NCBI RefSeq assembly: GCF_000619845.1
Contig: NZ_JHUX01000003.1
Span: forward strand, 1,180,064 to 1,212,063
Length of the DNA stretch: 32,000 nt
Origin: Alkanindiges illinoisensis DSM 15370
GTDB lineage: Bacteria; Pseudomonadota; Gammaproteobacteria; Pseudomonadales; Moraxellaceae
Direction: 5' to 3'
Each line of letters opens with the position of its first letter. Within the stretch, counting starts at the first letter, position 1. Of this stretch, positions 9,219-18,018 are shown in pieces. Made by a program: the position numbers and the translations under genes. Below the pieces are notes generated by a model. The model saw only the letters and a program-made list of their open reading frames with translations. It made no database searches and had not been told where the DNA came from.

Positions 9219-9404
9219 GAACAAAACAGGCTGGGTGCGAGAAAGCGCAATTATAACTGTCTCGCCGTTCAGTTGCTACCTATTGACCTTAAAACACGTG
9301 GTAAAAAGCAAGCTATTGCAGGAATTTATCAGGCCAATACCATCTGGCCCAATTTATCGACCCTGTTATTGTGCATTTAAAATCTGCATTTAAGACAAGA
9401 TGGG

Positions 9405-9893
9405 CTAGCCCTGTTTCAACGAGGCCTTTAACTGCAACTCACCGGATGAATTCTGGCTGATATCCAGTTGCTGGATACTCACGCCCTGCTCAGCCAGCCG
9501 CGATAGCCACGTTCCCAGCACTGCAAAATTCTGATGCACCACACTCACCTGCACCTGATCACCCGCAGGCATTTGCGACACGGTCAAACCCTGATTTTGT
9601 GCTGTGGTTTGTATGATCATGTTCAAAGGCATCTGGTCGCCCTGGGACTGGCGAATATTGGGCGCCTGAGAGCGCATCCACAGCAGTAGCTCGCGTTCTT
9701 CAGTGGCCTGGGTTTGAGCCTTGTCGGCTGCCTTGTGTAATGCCCAAATGCTATAACCAATTATGGTAACGATTAGAAATATCGTCAGGATAATCAGTGC
9801 AAAGCGGTCACGTGGTGAAAGCTGATCCAGTCGCTGCTGTAACTGGGCAACGCGCTGATTAAAACGCTGGTTAAAATTAGTTGCCAAACTCAT
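9405..9893 (-). CDS. gspM: Type II secretion system protein M
   Basis: 162-aa ORF with a short cytoplasmic N-terminus, one TM segment (FALIILTIFLIVTIIGYSIW) and a periplasmic domain. Size, topology and ATGA coupling to the upstream gspL-like ORF fit GspM. The assignment rests on architecture and context. Confidence 0.65.
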   Translation of the reverse strand: MSLATNFNQRFNQRVAQLQQRLDQLSPRDRFALIILTIFLIVTIIGYSIWALHKAADKAQTQATEERELLLWMRSQAPNIRQSQGDQMPLNMIIQTTAQNQGLTVSQMPAGDQVQVSVVHQNFAVLGTWLSRLAEQGVSIQQLDISQNSSGELQLKASLKQG

Positions 9894-11056
9894 AATTGCA
9901 CCCGAATTAAACCTGATACCTGTCCATTGGCCGGATTCACTGATCCAAGTTCAGCGTTTAAACCCTGATCGCTAAGCTGGGAGCGCAAGGATTCCAGCGC
10001 AGGCAAACCACTGGCATTCACTGTTAGCTCTAGCACATTGTCACGATATTGCACCTGACTGGCAGGCAAATTGGCCTGCTGTAATAATGGCCCTACCCGG
10101 CTAATCAGCGACAGCGCGGTTAAATCCATCGTGCTATTGCTTTGCAGGTGTGCTTCGAACTGTCTTTTCAGGTTAACAATCCGTCGCTCCTCTGGAAACC
10201 AGCTTTGGAACTGCTGCACCGCCATCGCATGGGTTTGCTCAGCTATTTTGTGATAGCGCCATGTTCGCACCCCATCATAAACCATCTGTACCAGCAAGGT
10301 TGCTACCAGCACCGCAGCAATTGCTGGCCAGTACCCGGACAACTGGGCTTTGGCCTTTGGCAACACATTAAATGGATGACGAATATATTGAGCATCTGTT
10401 AGCGGTGCCGGGGTCGTTTCCCATGCATACAAACCCACTGCCAGACCAGCAATGCCCTCAATGGCCAGCTGATCCTGCTCATTCGGCTGGCCCCAGATGT
10501 TAAGCTGTACCAGTTCCGGCAGGTAATCCAGCAAAATGGTCAGGTCGTCAGCACAATAGGCCACATAATCACTCACGCGCAAAATGCGCTGTTGCTGGTG
10601 AATAATCAGCTGGGCTTCATTGAGAATAGTAGGTGCTGGAACCAGTAAAAAATCCGGTAGTAAGGCCTGAATGCGCCATACGCCCAGTGCCATGATATTT
10701 TGGTACTGCCCTACCAGACTAGTAGGTAAAGCCATAATATTGACGTGTTCACTTTCATCAACCAGACTGGTATCCAGTTGATAATGTACCGCCAGTTGAT
10801 CTATAGGCAATAATGCATATTCTTCCAGCAAATAACGCACGCCTGTTGGCCCAATCTGGCGCAACTGCTGGCGGGTCATGGGCTGACGTAAAATCTGGGT
10901 GCTGCTGGTTGGAAAAAAGACAATAGCTTCTTTCTGGTTTTCTGTTGCTGTAGCCTGAAGCAGTTCATCCCAGTTGGCTGCAGTTTGCCAGACATCAGTG
11001 GCATTAACACGCCAGCGCCAGGCAGCATCACCTTCTGGCATCCATAAATACAGCAT
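9890..11056 (-). CDS. gspL: Type II secretion system protein L
   Basis: 388-aa ORF with a GspL-like N-terminus (MLYLWMPEGDAAWRWRV), a cytoplasmic domain of about 240 aa, one TM segment (YWPAIAAVLVATLLVQMVY) and a periplasmic C-terminal domain. It overlaps gspM by 4 nt. Confidence 0.7.
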   Translation of the reverse strand: MLYLWMPEGDAAWRWRVNATDVWQTAANWDELLQATATENQKEAIVFFPTSSTQILRQPMTRQQLRQIGPTGVRYLLEEYALLPIDQLAVHYQLDTSLVDESEHVNIMALPTSLVGQYQNIMALGVWRIQALLPDFLLVPAPTILNEAQLIIHQQQRILRVSDYVAYCADDLTILLDYLPELVQLNIWGQPNEQDQLAIEGIAGLAVGLYAWETTPAPLTDAQYIRHPFNVLPKAKAQLSGYWPAIAAVLVATLLVQMVYDGVRTWRYHKIAEQTHAMAVQQFQSWFPEERRIVNLKRQFEAHLQSNSTMDLTALSLISRVGPLLQQANLPASQVQYRDNVLELTVNASGLPALESLRSQLSDQGLNAELGSVNPANGQVSGLIRVQL

Positions 11057-11193
11057 GGGTTATTTTTCCCTGATTTTAATATCGCAATTGTTGTGTCAGT
11101 TCAGTGTGACAGCACCTTGCGCCATCATATAAAAACATGATCTATAAATCTATGCCAACCTAACAGATTATGCGGCCAGTAACTGGTAAAACA

Positions 11194-11664
11194 TTATTGG
11201 GCTAATTGAGGCATAATGCGTGCCTGCTCAACTGACAGCCCCTGTGCAATGACTGTTTGCTTATAAACGCGTGCTTCAGCCAGCTCAAAGCTGCGCGGTG
11301 ATTCACCAATGAGAAGGCCCCCCATATAAGCCACAATATTCATATGGCACACCACCACAATGCATTGAGCATCCAGTTGCGATAGCCACTCCAGCGCTGG
11401 GGCAGCTTTGTCATCCGGCTTGATGCCATTAAAGGTAATCACAGGTATATCAGCGCAATATGCATCAAATGCTTGTCGGGTTTGCTGGGCACGGATCAAT
11501 GGACTGACAATAAATAAATCCGGCTGATAACGCTGAACCAGTTGCTGTACCGTGGAAGTAGCCTGTTGCTGACCACGTGTCGTCAGTTCCCGACTGGCAT
11601 CACTATATATGCTGCTATCAATTGGACTTTCAGCTTCGCCATGCCGCATTAAAATCAGTTGCAT
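11194..11664 (-). CDS. sixA: Phosphohistidine phosphatase SixA
   Basis: 156-aa ORF starting MQLILMRHGEAE (the RHG motif of the histidine phosphatase superfamily), with SPLIRAQQT and a CHMN-type second His. Colinear with E. coli SixA. Confidence 0.85.
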   Translation of the reverse strand: MQLILMRHGEAESPIDSSIYSDASRELTTRGQQQATSTVQQLVQRYQPDLFIVSPLIRAQQTRQAFDAYCADIPVITFNGIKPDDKAAPALEWLSQLDAQCIVVVCHMNIVAYMGGLLIGESPRSFELAEARVYKQTVIAQGLSVEQARIMPQLAQ

Positions 11665-11777
11665 TGCCTGTCATTTCCTATCAAGTCATAGTCATTAATT
11701 TGCCGATTTTCTTTTTAACGCTTAAATTACATGATTTAAACGCTGGTCATATCACCATCATGCATGAAGGTTTTGTT

Positions 11778-12851
11778 TTAAACCTGCTCATGTGGCAAGA
11801 CAAACTCTACATCACTACGATGACCATTTTGCATTAATGACAGGGCAATTCCCAAAGGTGGTTTTCCTTCAAAAATCACTTCATACAGGGCATTGGTAAT
11901 TGGCATATACACATCCAGCAATTTGGACTGGGCACTGACCTGACGAATCGTGTTAATCCCTTCTGCGGTCTGGCCAAGTGCGGCTACTGCCTCATCAAGA
12001 TTTTTGCCCTGACCCAATGCATAGCCAATCTGGTAATTACGGCTGAGTGGACTGCTACAGGTGGCAAATAAATCACCAACACCCGACAAGCCCAAAAAGG
12101 TCAGTGGATTGGCACCCAGCGTTACCGCAAAGCGGCTCATTTCTGCCAACGCACGGGTGAGTAGCATACTGCGGGTATTTTCACCCAGATTGTAGGCTGC
12201 GCCCATGCCCATAGCAATCGCATAGATATTTTTTAGTGCACCGCCCAGCTCCACACCATGCACATCCGAGCTGGCAAAAACCCGGAACAGGGCGCTATGT
12301 AGCGCAGTCTGCACCGCATTGCGCAAGGCTTCGCTGGTACTGGCAATCACTGTACCTGCGGGCATATTGGCCACAATTTCCTTGGCAAGGTTTGGCCCTG
12401 AGAGCACACCAAAAGGCACTTCTGGCAATTCCTGCTGAATGATATCGCTCATCAGGCAAAAGGTTTCTGCTTCAATGCCCTTGGTGAGCGATACAATCGC
12501 CTGCCCGCTAATCATTGGCGCAATTTGTTTGAGCACATCACGATAGGAATGGCTGGGAATCGCCACCAGAATAATATCGCGGTTAGGTACTACATCTTCC
12601 AGCTTGCTGCTAAATTGCAGGGTTTCTTCCAGTTGAAAATCAGGCAAATAACGCTTGTTGCGTTTGGTTTGCTGCATGTCCTGTGCAGCCGCTTCATCAC
12701 GAATCCACATACAGGTTTCGCAACCATTACGTGCAGCAAGGTTAGCCATGGCAGTACCAAAACTGCCGCCACCCAGTACTGCCACGCGTAATGGGGTTGC
12801 CGGTTTTTCACGTGGCGTAACTAAGCCCGAAACATTAAAGTCATTCATCAT
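11778..12851 (-). CDS. gpsA: NAD(P)H-dependent glycerol-3-phosphate dehydrogenase
   Basis: Rossmann motif VAVLGGGSFGTAMA, plus LSGPNLAKE, GALKNIYA, GDLFATC and SRNYQIGYALGQG. It is very similar to the Acinetobacter GpsA sequence as I remember it. The track ORF starts at a TTG (12893). The ATG pair at 12851/12848 gives a homologue-like length, so the start is uncertain. Confidence 0.92.
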   Translation of the reverse strand: MMNDFNVSGLVTPREKPATPLRVAVLGGGSFGTAMANLAARNGCETCMWIRDEAAAQDMQQTKRNKRYLPDFQLEETLQFSSKLEDVVPNRDIILVAIPSHSYRDVLKQIAPMISGQAIVSLTKGIEAETFCLMSDIIQQELPEVPFGVLSGPNLAKEIVANMPAGTVIASTSEALRNAVQTALHSALFRVFASSDVHGVELGGALKNIYAIAMGMGAAYNLGENTRSMLLTRALAEMSRFAVTLGANPLTFLGLSGVGDLFATCSSPLSRNYQIGYALGQGKNLDEAVAALGQTAEGINTIRQVSAQSKLLDVYMPITNALYEVIFEGKPPLGIALSLMQNGHRSDVEFVLPHEQV

Positions 12852-13005
12852 ACTGGGTTCTACTAGTCCAAAGCCTGGAGCATTCAAATTCAATTATAGT
12901 AAAGTTCAATACAGCAAATCGCCAAATGATATTTGTTGCCTAATCCGGAACTTATACATGCGCCTAGGATTACTGCAATCACACCACACAGCGATTATTA
13001 ATATG

Positions 13006-13593
13006 TTAAGCCTGTCTGGTTGGCCAGTCAGCCAGAAAATCATTCACTGGCAAACGTTCGCGGGGTGCCAGTTGACGGGCTGCCGTGCCAATATAAATAA
13101 ATCCGGCAATTTCATCATCGGATTTTAGCCCCATTTTTTGTTTGAATACCTCAGACTCCGCCATTGCGCCAGTACGCCACATTGATGCATAGCCCTGTGC
13201 AGTCAGCATTAACAAGAAGTTTTCAATGGCTGCGCCCATACTAAGCACTTGCTCTACTTTAGGCACTTTGGGGTGTATTTGCGTATTCACAATAGCCACC
13301 AGAATTAGCGGAGCACGCAAGGGTTGTACCTGTACCCGATCATGCTGGGCCGGATCAGTTACGCCGGACTCCTGCACACATTCCAGAAAAATTTGCCCAA
13401 GCGCTTGGCGTCCTTCACCACGTATCTGCAAAAACTGCCATGGACGCAAGCGGTGATGATCCGGCGCACTTACAGCAGCCTGTAATGCCTGCTCAAGCTC
13501 GGTCTGTGTGGGCGCCGGTTCTATCAGTTGCCCTACCGATTGCCGACTTTCAATGAATTCCAATACTTGCGCTGGAGCTGTTGGTTGCGTCAT
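13006..13593 (-). CDS. NAD(P)H nitroreductase, YdjA-like
   Basis: 195-aa ORF with IESRQSVGQLIEPAP, APDHHRLRPWQF and RAPLILVAIV, and a C-terminal IAGFIYIGT. Colinear with E. coli YdjA. Confidence 0.8.
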   Translation of the reverse strand: MTQPTAPAQVLEFIESRQSVGQLIEPAPTQTELEQALQAAVSAPDHHRLRPWQFLQIRGEGRQALGQIFLECVQESGVTDPAQHDRVQVQPLRAPLILVAIVNTQIHPKVPKVEQVLSMGAAIENFLLMLTAQGYASMWRTGAMAESEVFKQKMGLKSDDEIAGFIYIGTAARQLAPRERLPVNDFLADWPTRQA

Positions 13594-13694
13594 GGGAATT
13601 CCTCAATAATTTTTATGTCAATCGAATAAGAAGATTCAAAACTCAATTTAAGGGTAAATAGCCTGAAGGGTTAATCTGTTCAATTTCCACCAGA

Positions 13695-14915
13695 CTATTT
13701 TGCGGCTTCATCATTTTCTGCTGGCTCGTTTTGTGGCAACCCATTTTCTAGTGCTTTATGGTGCACAGGTAATGCTTCACCGGAACGACGTTTTAGCCAG
13801 TCAGTCACGATCACCCAGGTTGTTTTCACGGCTTGCATCCCCGTAAACAGTCCGGCATGACCACCCGGAACCACCTCAAAACTTTTATCCAGTGAACCCA
13901 CCACGGTCATTACTGCACTGGCCGCACCGATACTGGTAATGGCATCATTGTCACCTGCAATCGCCAGCAAAGCACATTTAATATTTTTAAAACTGATCTG
14001 GCGTCCGCCAATATGAAAATGCCCATGATTCATGCGATTGGCCAAGCCAAACTTTTCAATCATTTCACGCATGGTGGCACCCGGATAATCCGGCATATTG
14101 GTAAACCATTCATTCATGGTGGTATAGCGGCTGACATAATCCTGATTACCAATATTACGTATTAAATCAATATAACTGCTTAGCATGGCTGTGGGTTGTG
14201 TGAGCTGAAAACCAATTGAAAGCAGCTTGCCATTCACATGAAACAGTTTTGAATTAAAGTCATTTAAATCGAGGCCCGTGAGACGGCGCATCATACTGGC
14301 CGGTATTGACAGCAATTGATAAGCCTTGCCAATAGCACTGCTCATCTGGTGCATATTTACCGGGGATGCAATAGTCAGCAGATTCCTCACCTGATTTTTT
14401 CCTTCGGCAGCGGTGTAAATCAGCGATAATAAGCCACCCATGCAATACCCAACAATACTAACCTGCGCCTGTCCACTATGCTCACGGATTACCGCAACGG
14501 CTTTAGGAAACCAGTTCAGTGTATAGGTTTCCAGTGACAGATAATTTTCACTGCTGCCCGGCCGTCCCCAGTCAATCATATAAACCGCAAAACCATGCGC
14601 CAGAAAATAACGTACCAATGATCGTTCAGTCATCAGGTCAAACACCCAGCCATACACGCCCAGTGGAGGCACCAGCACCAGTGGAATGGCATAGTGTTTT
14701 TGTGACACTGCTATGGTATCGCCTTCAACCTGAACGCGCTCTTCAAGCAACGGCGGATAATAATGAACAGAAAACAGGCCCTCGCGTAGCAATTGCTGGC
14801 GGGTACTTTTATTTTGTAATAAATAACGATGGCGCGAAAAACGGCGGCCTGTCGAATGCTTAAATGCGGCTTTGCCATATTCAACAAACGACAACCGTGG
14901 AAAATGAAATGCCAT
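13695..14915 (-). CDS. Alpha/beta hydrolase with Cys nucleophile, class III PHA synthase (PhaC)-like
   Basis: 406-aa ORF. Its core tracks Allochromatium PhaC as I remember it: VYMIDWGRP vs VYLIDWGYP; lipase-box variant IVGYCMGG vs LLGICQGG; VRNLLTIASPV vs VRNLVTMVTPV; VPGGHAGLF vs FPGGHIGIY. A putative Cys-Asp-His triad is present. No phaE, phaR or phasin gene lies adjacent. Confidence 0.7.
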   Translation of the reverse strand: MAFHFPRLSFVEYGKAAFKHSTGRRFSRHRYLLQNKSTRQQLLREGLFSVHYYPPLLEERVQVEGDTIAVSQKHYAIPLVLVPPLGVYGWVFDLMTERSLVRYFLAHGFAVYMIDWGRPGSSENYLSLETYTLNWFPKAVAVIREHSGQAQVSIVGYCMGGLLSLIYTAAEGKNQVRNLLTIASPVNMHQMSSAIGKAYQLLSIPASMMRRLTGLDLNDFNSKLFHVNGKLLSIGFQLTQPTAMLSSYIDLIRNIGNQDYVSRYTTMNEWFTNMPDYPGATMREMIEKFGLANRMNHGHFHIGGRQISFKNIKCALLAIAGDNDAITSIGAASAVMTVVGSLDKSFEVVPGGHAGLFTGMQAVKTTWVIVTDWLKRRSGEALPVHHKALENGLPQNEPAENDEAAK

Positions 14916-15175
14916 GCAGTGATATCTCGTAATGCACTAAAGCAGAAAAGCTGATCTAGAGTAACAAATTTCCAGGGATGGGGCGAATAATCCGGAGCAA
15001 ATACATGCTAAAAACCCTTTAATTTTTGCTTGATGATTTGTCGTAAAAAAGAAGGGATTTAACTTAAAGCACACAGTTTGGCAAACGAAGTGTTATCGAA
15101 GCTCAACCGTTCTATGTCCATAATTCTTCTAAAATTTGAGCTATATTTTTTTGAGCCAAGCTCTGGAGCCTGACA

Positions 15176-15544
15176 ATGATAAAGCAATTTACCCCACTCG
15201 CCACATTAGCACTAATAGGCCTGATCCTGACAGGTTGCGCCAGCACGCCTAATGCCACCACGGCCATCCAGCGCGAAAATAATCAGTTTGAAGTTACGGG
15301 CTTGGGGAAATCCAAAACCATTGCCATGAATAATGCGGCCAGCGCAGCCAATAAAACCTGTCGCAGCAGCACACCTGTGGTAGTGAATCAGGACATCAAA
15401 TATAACGGGGTTGTCAGTGAGCAAACCGGGCGCATCATTGAGCAGGCAGCTAGTGTTATCGGTGTATTAAGTGGTTCAGGCAGCAATTCCATCAGCCGTG
15501 ATGATGATTACGAAGCAACTTTAACTTTTTATTGCAAAAAATAA
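15176..15544 (+). CDS. Small lipoprotein of unknown function
   Basis: 122-aa ORF with a signal peptide and lipobox (LILTG-C at Cys21). Two further Cys residues (KTCRS and FYCKK) may form a disulfide. A bidirectional terminator follows. I recognise no family. Confidence 0.7.
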   Translation: MIKQFTPLATLALIGLILTGCASTPNATTAIQRENNQFEVTGLGKSKTIAMNNAASAANKTCRSSTPVVVNQDIKYNGVVSEQTGRIIEQAASVIGVLSGSGSNSISRDDDYEATLTFYCKK

Positions 15545-15583
15545 TAAGTGATTGCTAAAGTGCATTAACTGATTCAACACAAT

Positions 15584-15613
15584 AAAAAGTCAGCTTAATC
15601 AGCTGACTTTTTT
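15584..15613. terminator. Bidirectional intrinsic terminator between the lipoprotein gene (+) and rhlB (-)
   Basis: AAAAA-GTCAGCT-TAATC-AGCTGAC-TTTTTT: a 7-bp perfect stem (15589-15595 / 15601-15607) flanked by an A-run and a T-run. It lies between two convergent genes. Confidence 0.85.
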
Positions 15614-15652
15614 ATATTTCAAAAAATCACTACCCAATAGGATATCCTAACT

Positions 15653-16804
15653 TTAGCGATAGCCGTCCAGACGTTGCAATGGCAACTTCTGACCAATGGC
15701 TTTTTCCAGATCAGCCAGTAAGAAGGCATCATCTTCGCTGGCAAAACTAATACTAATGCCATTTTCACCAGCACGGCCAGTACGGCCAATCCGGTGCACA
15801 TAGTCTTCAGCATGTTCAGGCAGGGTATAATTCACCACATGGCTTACTCCATCCACATGGATACCACGACCCGCCACATCTGTTGCAATCAGAATCTGGA
15901 TTTTGCCTTGCTTGAACTGATCTAGCGTCTTGATGCGTTTATCCTGCGCAATTTCGCCTGACAAGATACCAACGCTATAATTCTGCTTTTTTAAACGATC
16001 ATAAAGCTTGCGAACCTGATCGCGGCGATTGGCAAAAATCATTACCTTATCAATAGGTTCCTGCGCTAAAAGCTCTTTTAGCAAGCGCTCTTTTTCCTGA
16101 TTGCCTACAATATAAACGCGTTGCTCTACCCGTTCACTGGTTTTTTGTTCTGGCTCAATTTCAACCGTAACCGGCTCAAATAGCCATTGTTGTGCCAGAT
16201 TTAGTACATCATAGCTAAATGTTGCCGAAAATAATAAGGTCTGGCGGTTTTCCTTGATCGGAGCCTGACGCAGGATGCGCTTGACCGATGGAATAAAGCC
16301 CATGTCCAGCAAACGGTCTGCTTCATCGATCACTACAAATTCGAGCCGATCCAACCAGACTTCCTTTTGATCCATAAAGTCCATTAGGCGACCCGGTGTT
16401 GCCACCAGAATATCTACAAAGTTTTTGTCCAGTCCCTTGCGTTGCAGGTCATAATCCACACCGCCCAGCAATGTCACAATATTGATATTGGCATGCTTGC
16501 ACAATGCCTTGGCATCACTTTCAATTTGCAGGGCCAGTTCACGGGTGGGCGCCATAATCAGGGCACGCGGCTCACCCCGGTAACGTTGTTCTTCAATCGG
16601 ATGGTTCAACAGGTCATTCAGTACGCTAATTAAAAAAGCCGCGGTTTTTCCAGTCCCTGTCTGGGCGCGCCCAATGGCATCATGCCCTGCCAGCGTATAG
16701 CGTAAAATCTTTTGCTGAATCGGAGTCATGTGATGATAACCAAGATCATCAATGGCACGACGCAAGGAAGGATGCAAATTAACCGCGTCGAAGCTTGAAC
16801 TCAT
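15653..16804 (-). CDS. rhlB: DEAD-box ATP-dependent RNA helicase, RhlB-like
   Basis: 383-aa ORF with a Q motif (F..L.. TPIQ), AQTGTGKT, PTRELA, DEAD, SAT, ARGIH and HRIGRTGRAG. Several blocks match E. coli RhlB (PRALIMAPTRELA.QI, EPEQKT, EDYVHRIGRTGRAG). It lacks the Arg-rich C-terminal tail of E. coli RhlB. Confidence 0.85.
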   Translation of the reverse strand: MSSSFDAVNLHPSLRRAIDDLGYHHMTPIQQKILRYTLAGHDAIGRAQTGTGKTAAFLISVLNDLLNHPIEEQRYRGEPRALIMAPTRELALQIESDAKALCKHANINIVTLLGGVDYDLQRKGLDKNFVDILVATPGRLMDFMDQKEVWLDRLEFVVIDEADRLLDMGFIPSVKRILRQAPIKENRQTLLFSATFSYDVLNLAQQWLFEPVTVEIEPEQKTSERVEQRVYIVGNQEKERLLKELLAQEPIDKVMIFANRRDQVRKLYDRLKKQNYSVGILSGEIAQDKRIKTLDQFKQGKIQILIATDVAGRGIHVDGVSHVVNYTLPEHAEDYVHRIGRTGRAGENGISISFASEDDAFLLADLEKAIGQKLPLQRLDGYR

Positions 16805-16865
16805 ATAAACCTTTCTTTCATAAAATAAAATTGTTGGCCACTTGTATTAGGCCCTTATTTTCACC

Positions 16866-16900
16866 CAAAAAAATACGTCCCAGCACTAATGCATGGGACG
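16866..16900 (-). terminator. Intrinsic terminator downstream of the cold-shock gene
   Basis: On the minus strand: CGTCCCA-(11 nt)-TGGGACG followed by TATTTTTTT. The stem arms are at 16876-16882 and 16894-16900, and the T-run is 16866-16875 read on the minus strand. Confidence 0.7.
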
Positions 16901-17026
16901 TACATTCTAGCGGCATTTAATGCACATGAAAACATGTAACACTAACTCGCTATCTAACGCCAGACTGATAAAGTATCTCGAAGAGATGCTTTACCTGTCT
17001 GTGCATTACTGCTTTTTTCAGCAAAA

Positions 17027-17239
17027 TTAGTCTAAAGGCTGAACTTCTTCAGCTTGAAAACCTTTTTGGCCTTTTACTACAGTGAATTCAACGCGCTGAC
17101 CATCACGCAGAGTGCGGTGACCGTCGCCTTGAATCGCACGGAAGTGAACGAATACATCGTCACCGCCATTGCGCTGAATAAAACCAAAACCTTTAGTATC
17201 ATTAAACCACTTTACAACACCTTGCTCGCGCGCTGACAT
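17027..17239 (-). CDS. Cold-shock protein (CspA family)
   Basis: 70-aa ORF with RNP1 KGFGFI and RNP2 VFVHF, preceded by GVVKWFN. A GAGGA SD sits 7 nt before the ATG. Confidence 0.95.
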   Translation of the reverse strand: MSAREQGVVKWFNDTKGFGFIQRNGGDDVFVHFRAIQGDGHRTLRDGQRVEFTVVKGQKGFQAEEVQPLD

Positions 17240-17619
17240 ATGTCAATCCTCATATAAAACAAAAGAAGGACTGTCCGGTGTTGCAACAGCAGAGAAACAC
17301 AGACCATCAAAAAACTTATTTCTTGTTGTCGTAGTCATTCTGTATATCATTCAACAATTCCAGATCAAATCCAATACCGTATTAAATGAATACTTAATAT
17401 CGATATGATTTGAGCTTAACATGAAGTGAGCAAGGTGCAAAGCCAGAAACGATATTGTTTGTAATTAACATGGGATTTCTGTCACATTTACCCGAAATTG
17501 TTTGATTTTTAGCCATTTTTATCATGTAACAGTTTTTTATCATTTTTTAGATTCATGGCTTGGCAAAGCATTTTATACTAAGGTCAGCAATAAATATGTG
17601 TTACGAATAGATAAATTCC

Positions 17620-17871
17620 ATGTTAGTGAACTCTAAAATGCCATCACATCAAATTATTGATGCCACAGGACTTGCCTGCCCCTTACCGTTGTTAAAGTTA
17701 AAGCAGGCCTTGCATAGCATGGCAGCTGGTGAGCAAGTGGTTTTAATTGCCAGTGATGTAAATAGCCTGACCGATATTAAGCGATTTTGTGAAATTGCAG
17801 GACATTCGCTTGAAATAATTAGTCAGGAAAATCAACTGTTTGAATTCTTAATACAAAAGAAAAATTCATAA
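17620..17871 (+). CDS. TusA/SirA-family sulfurtransferase-like protein
   Basis: 83-aa ORF with DATGLACPLPLLKLKQAL (the CPxP active-site motif of TusA/SirA). There is an alternative ATG at 17638, and neither start has a clear SD. Confidence 0.75.
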   Translation: MLVNSKMPSHQIIDATGLACPLPLLKLKQALHSMAAGEQVVLIASDVNSLTDIKRFCEIAGHSLEIISQENQLFEFLIQKKNS

Positions 17872-18018
17872 TTTTTAATAAGTTTACCTGATGATACGGT
17901 TTGTTGTAACTTTACACAACTAAACCTAATTTTTGCATGGTTAATTATGCTATAACCTTTATAATTCAACATTAAAGCAACAGGGCCAGCCTTTAAAAGC
18001 CCTTATCAAGGAGTTTTC

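Noticed and set aside
9372-9393. Tandem-like direct repeat TGCATTTAA ... TGCATTTAA just downstream of gspM.
   Set aside because: It is two 9-mers in an AT-rich spacer, with no hairpin potential, no T-run and no adjacent feature it would explain.
12655-13128. 157-aa plus-strand ORF bridging the gpsA 5' end, the intergenic gap and the nitroreductase 3' end.
   Set aside because: It is antisense to two well-supported genes and has no recognisable motifs, so it is a shadow ORF.
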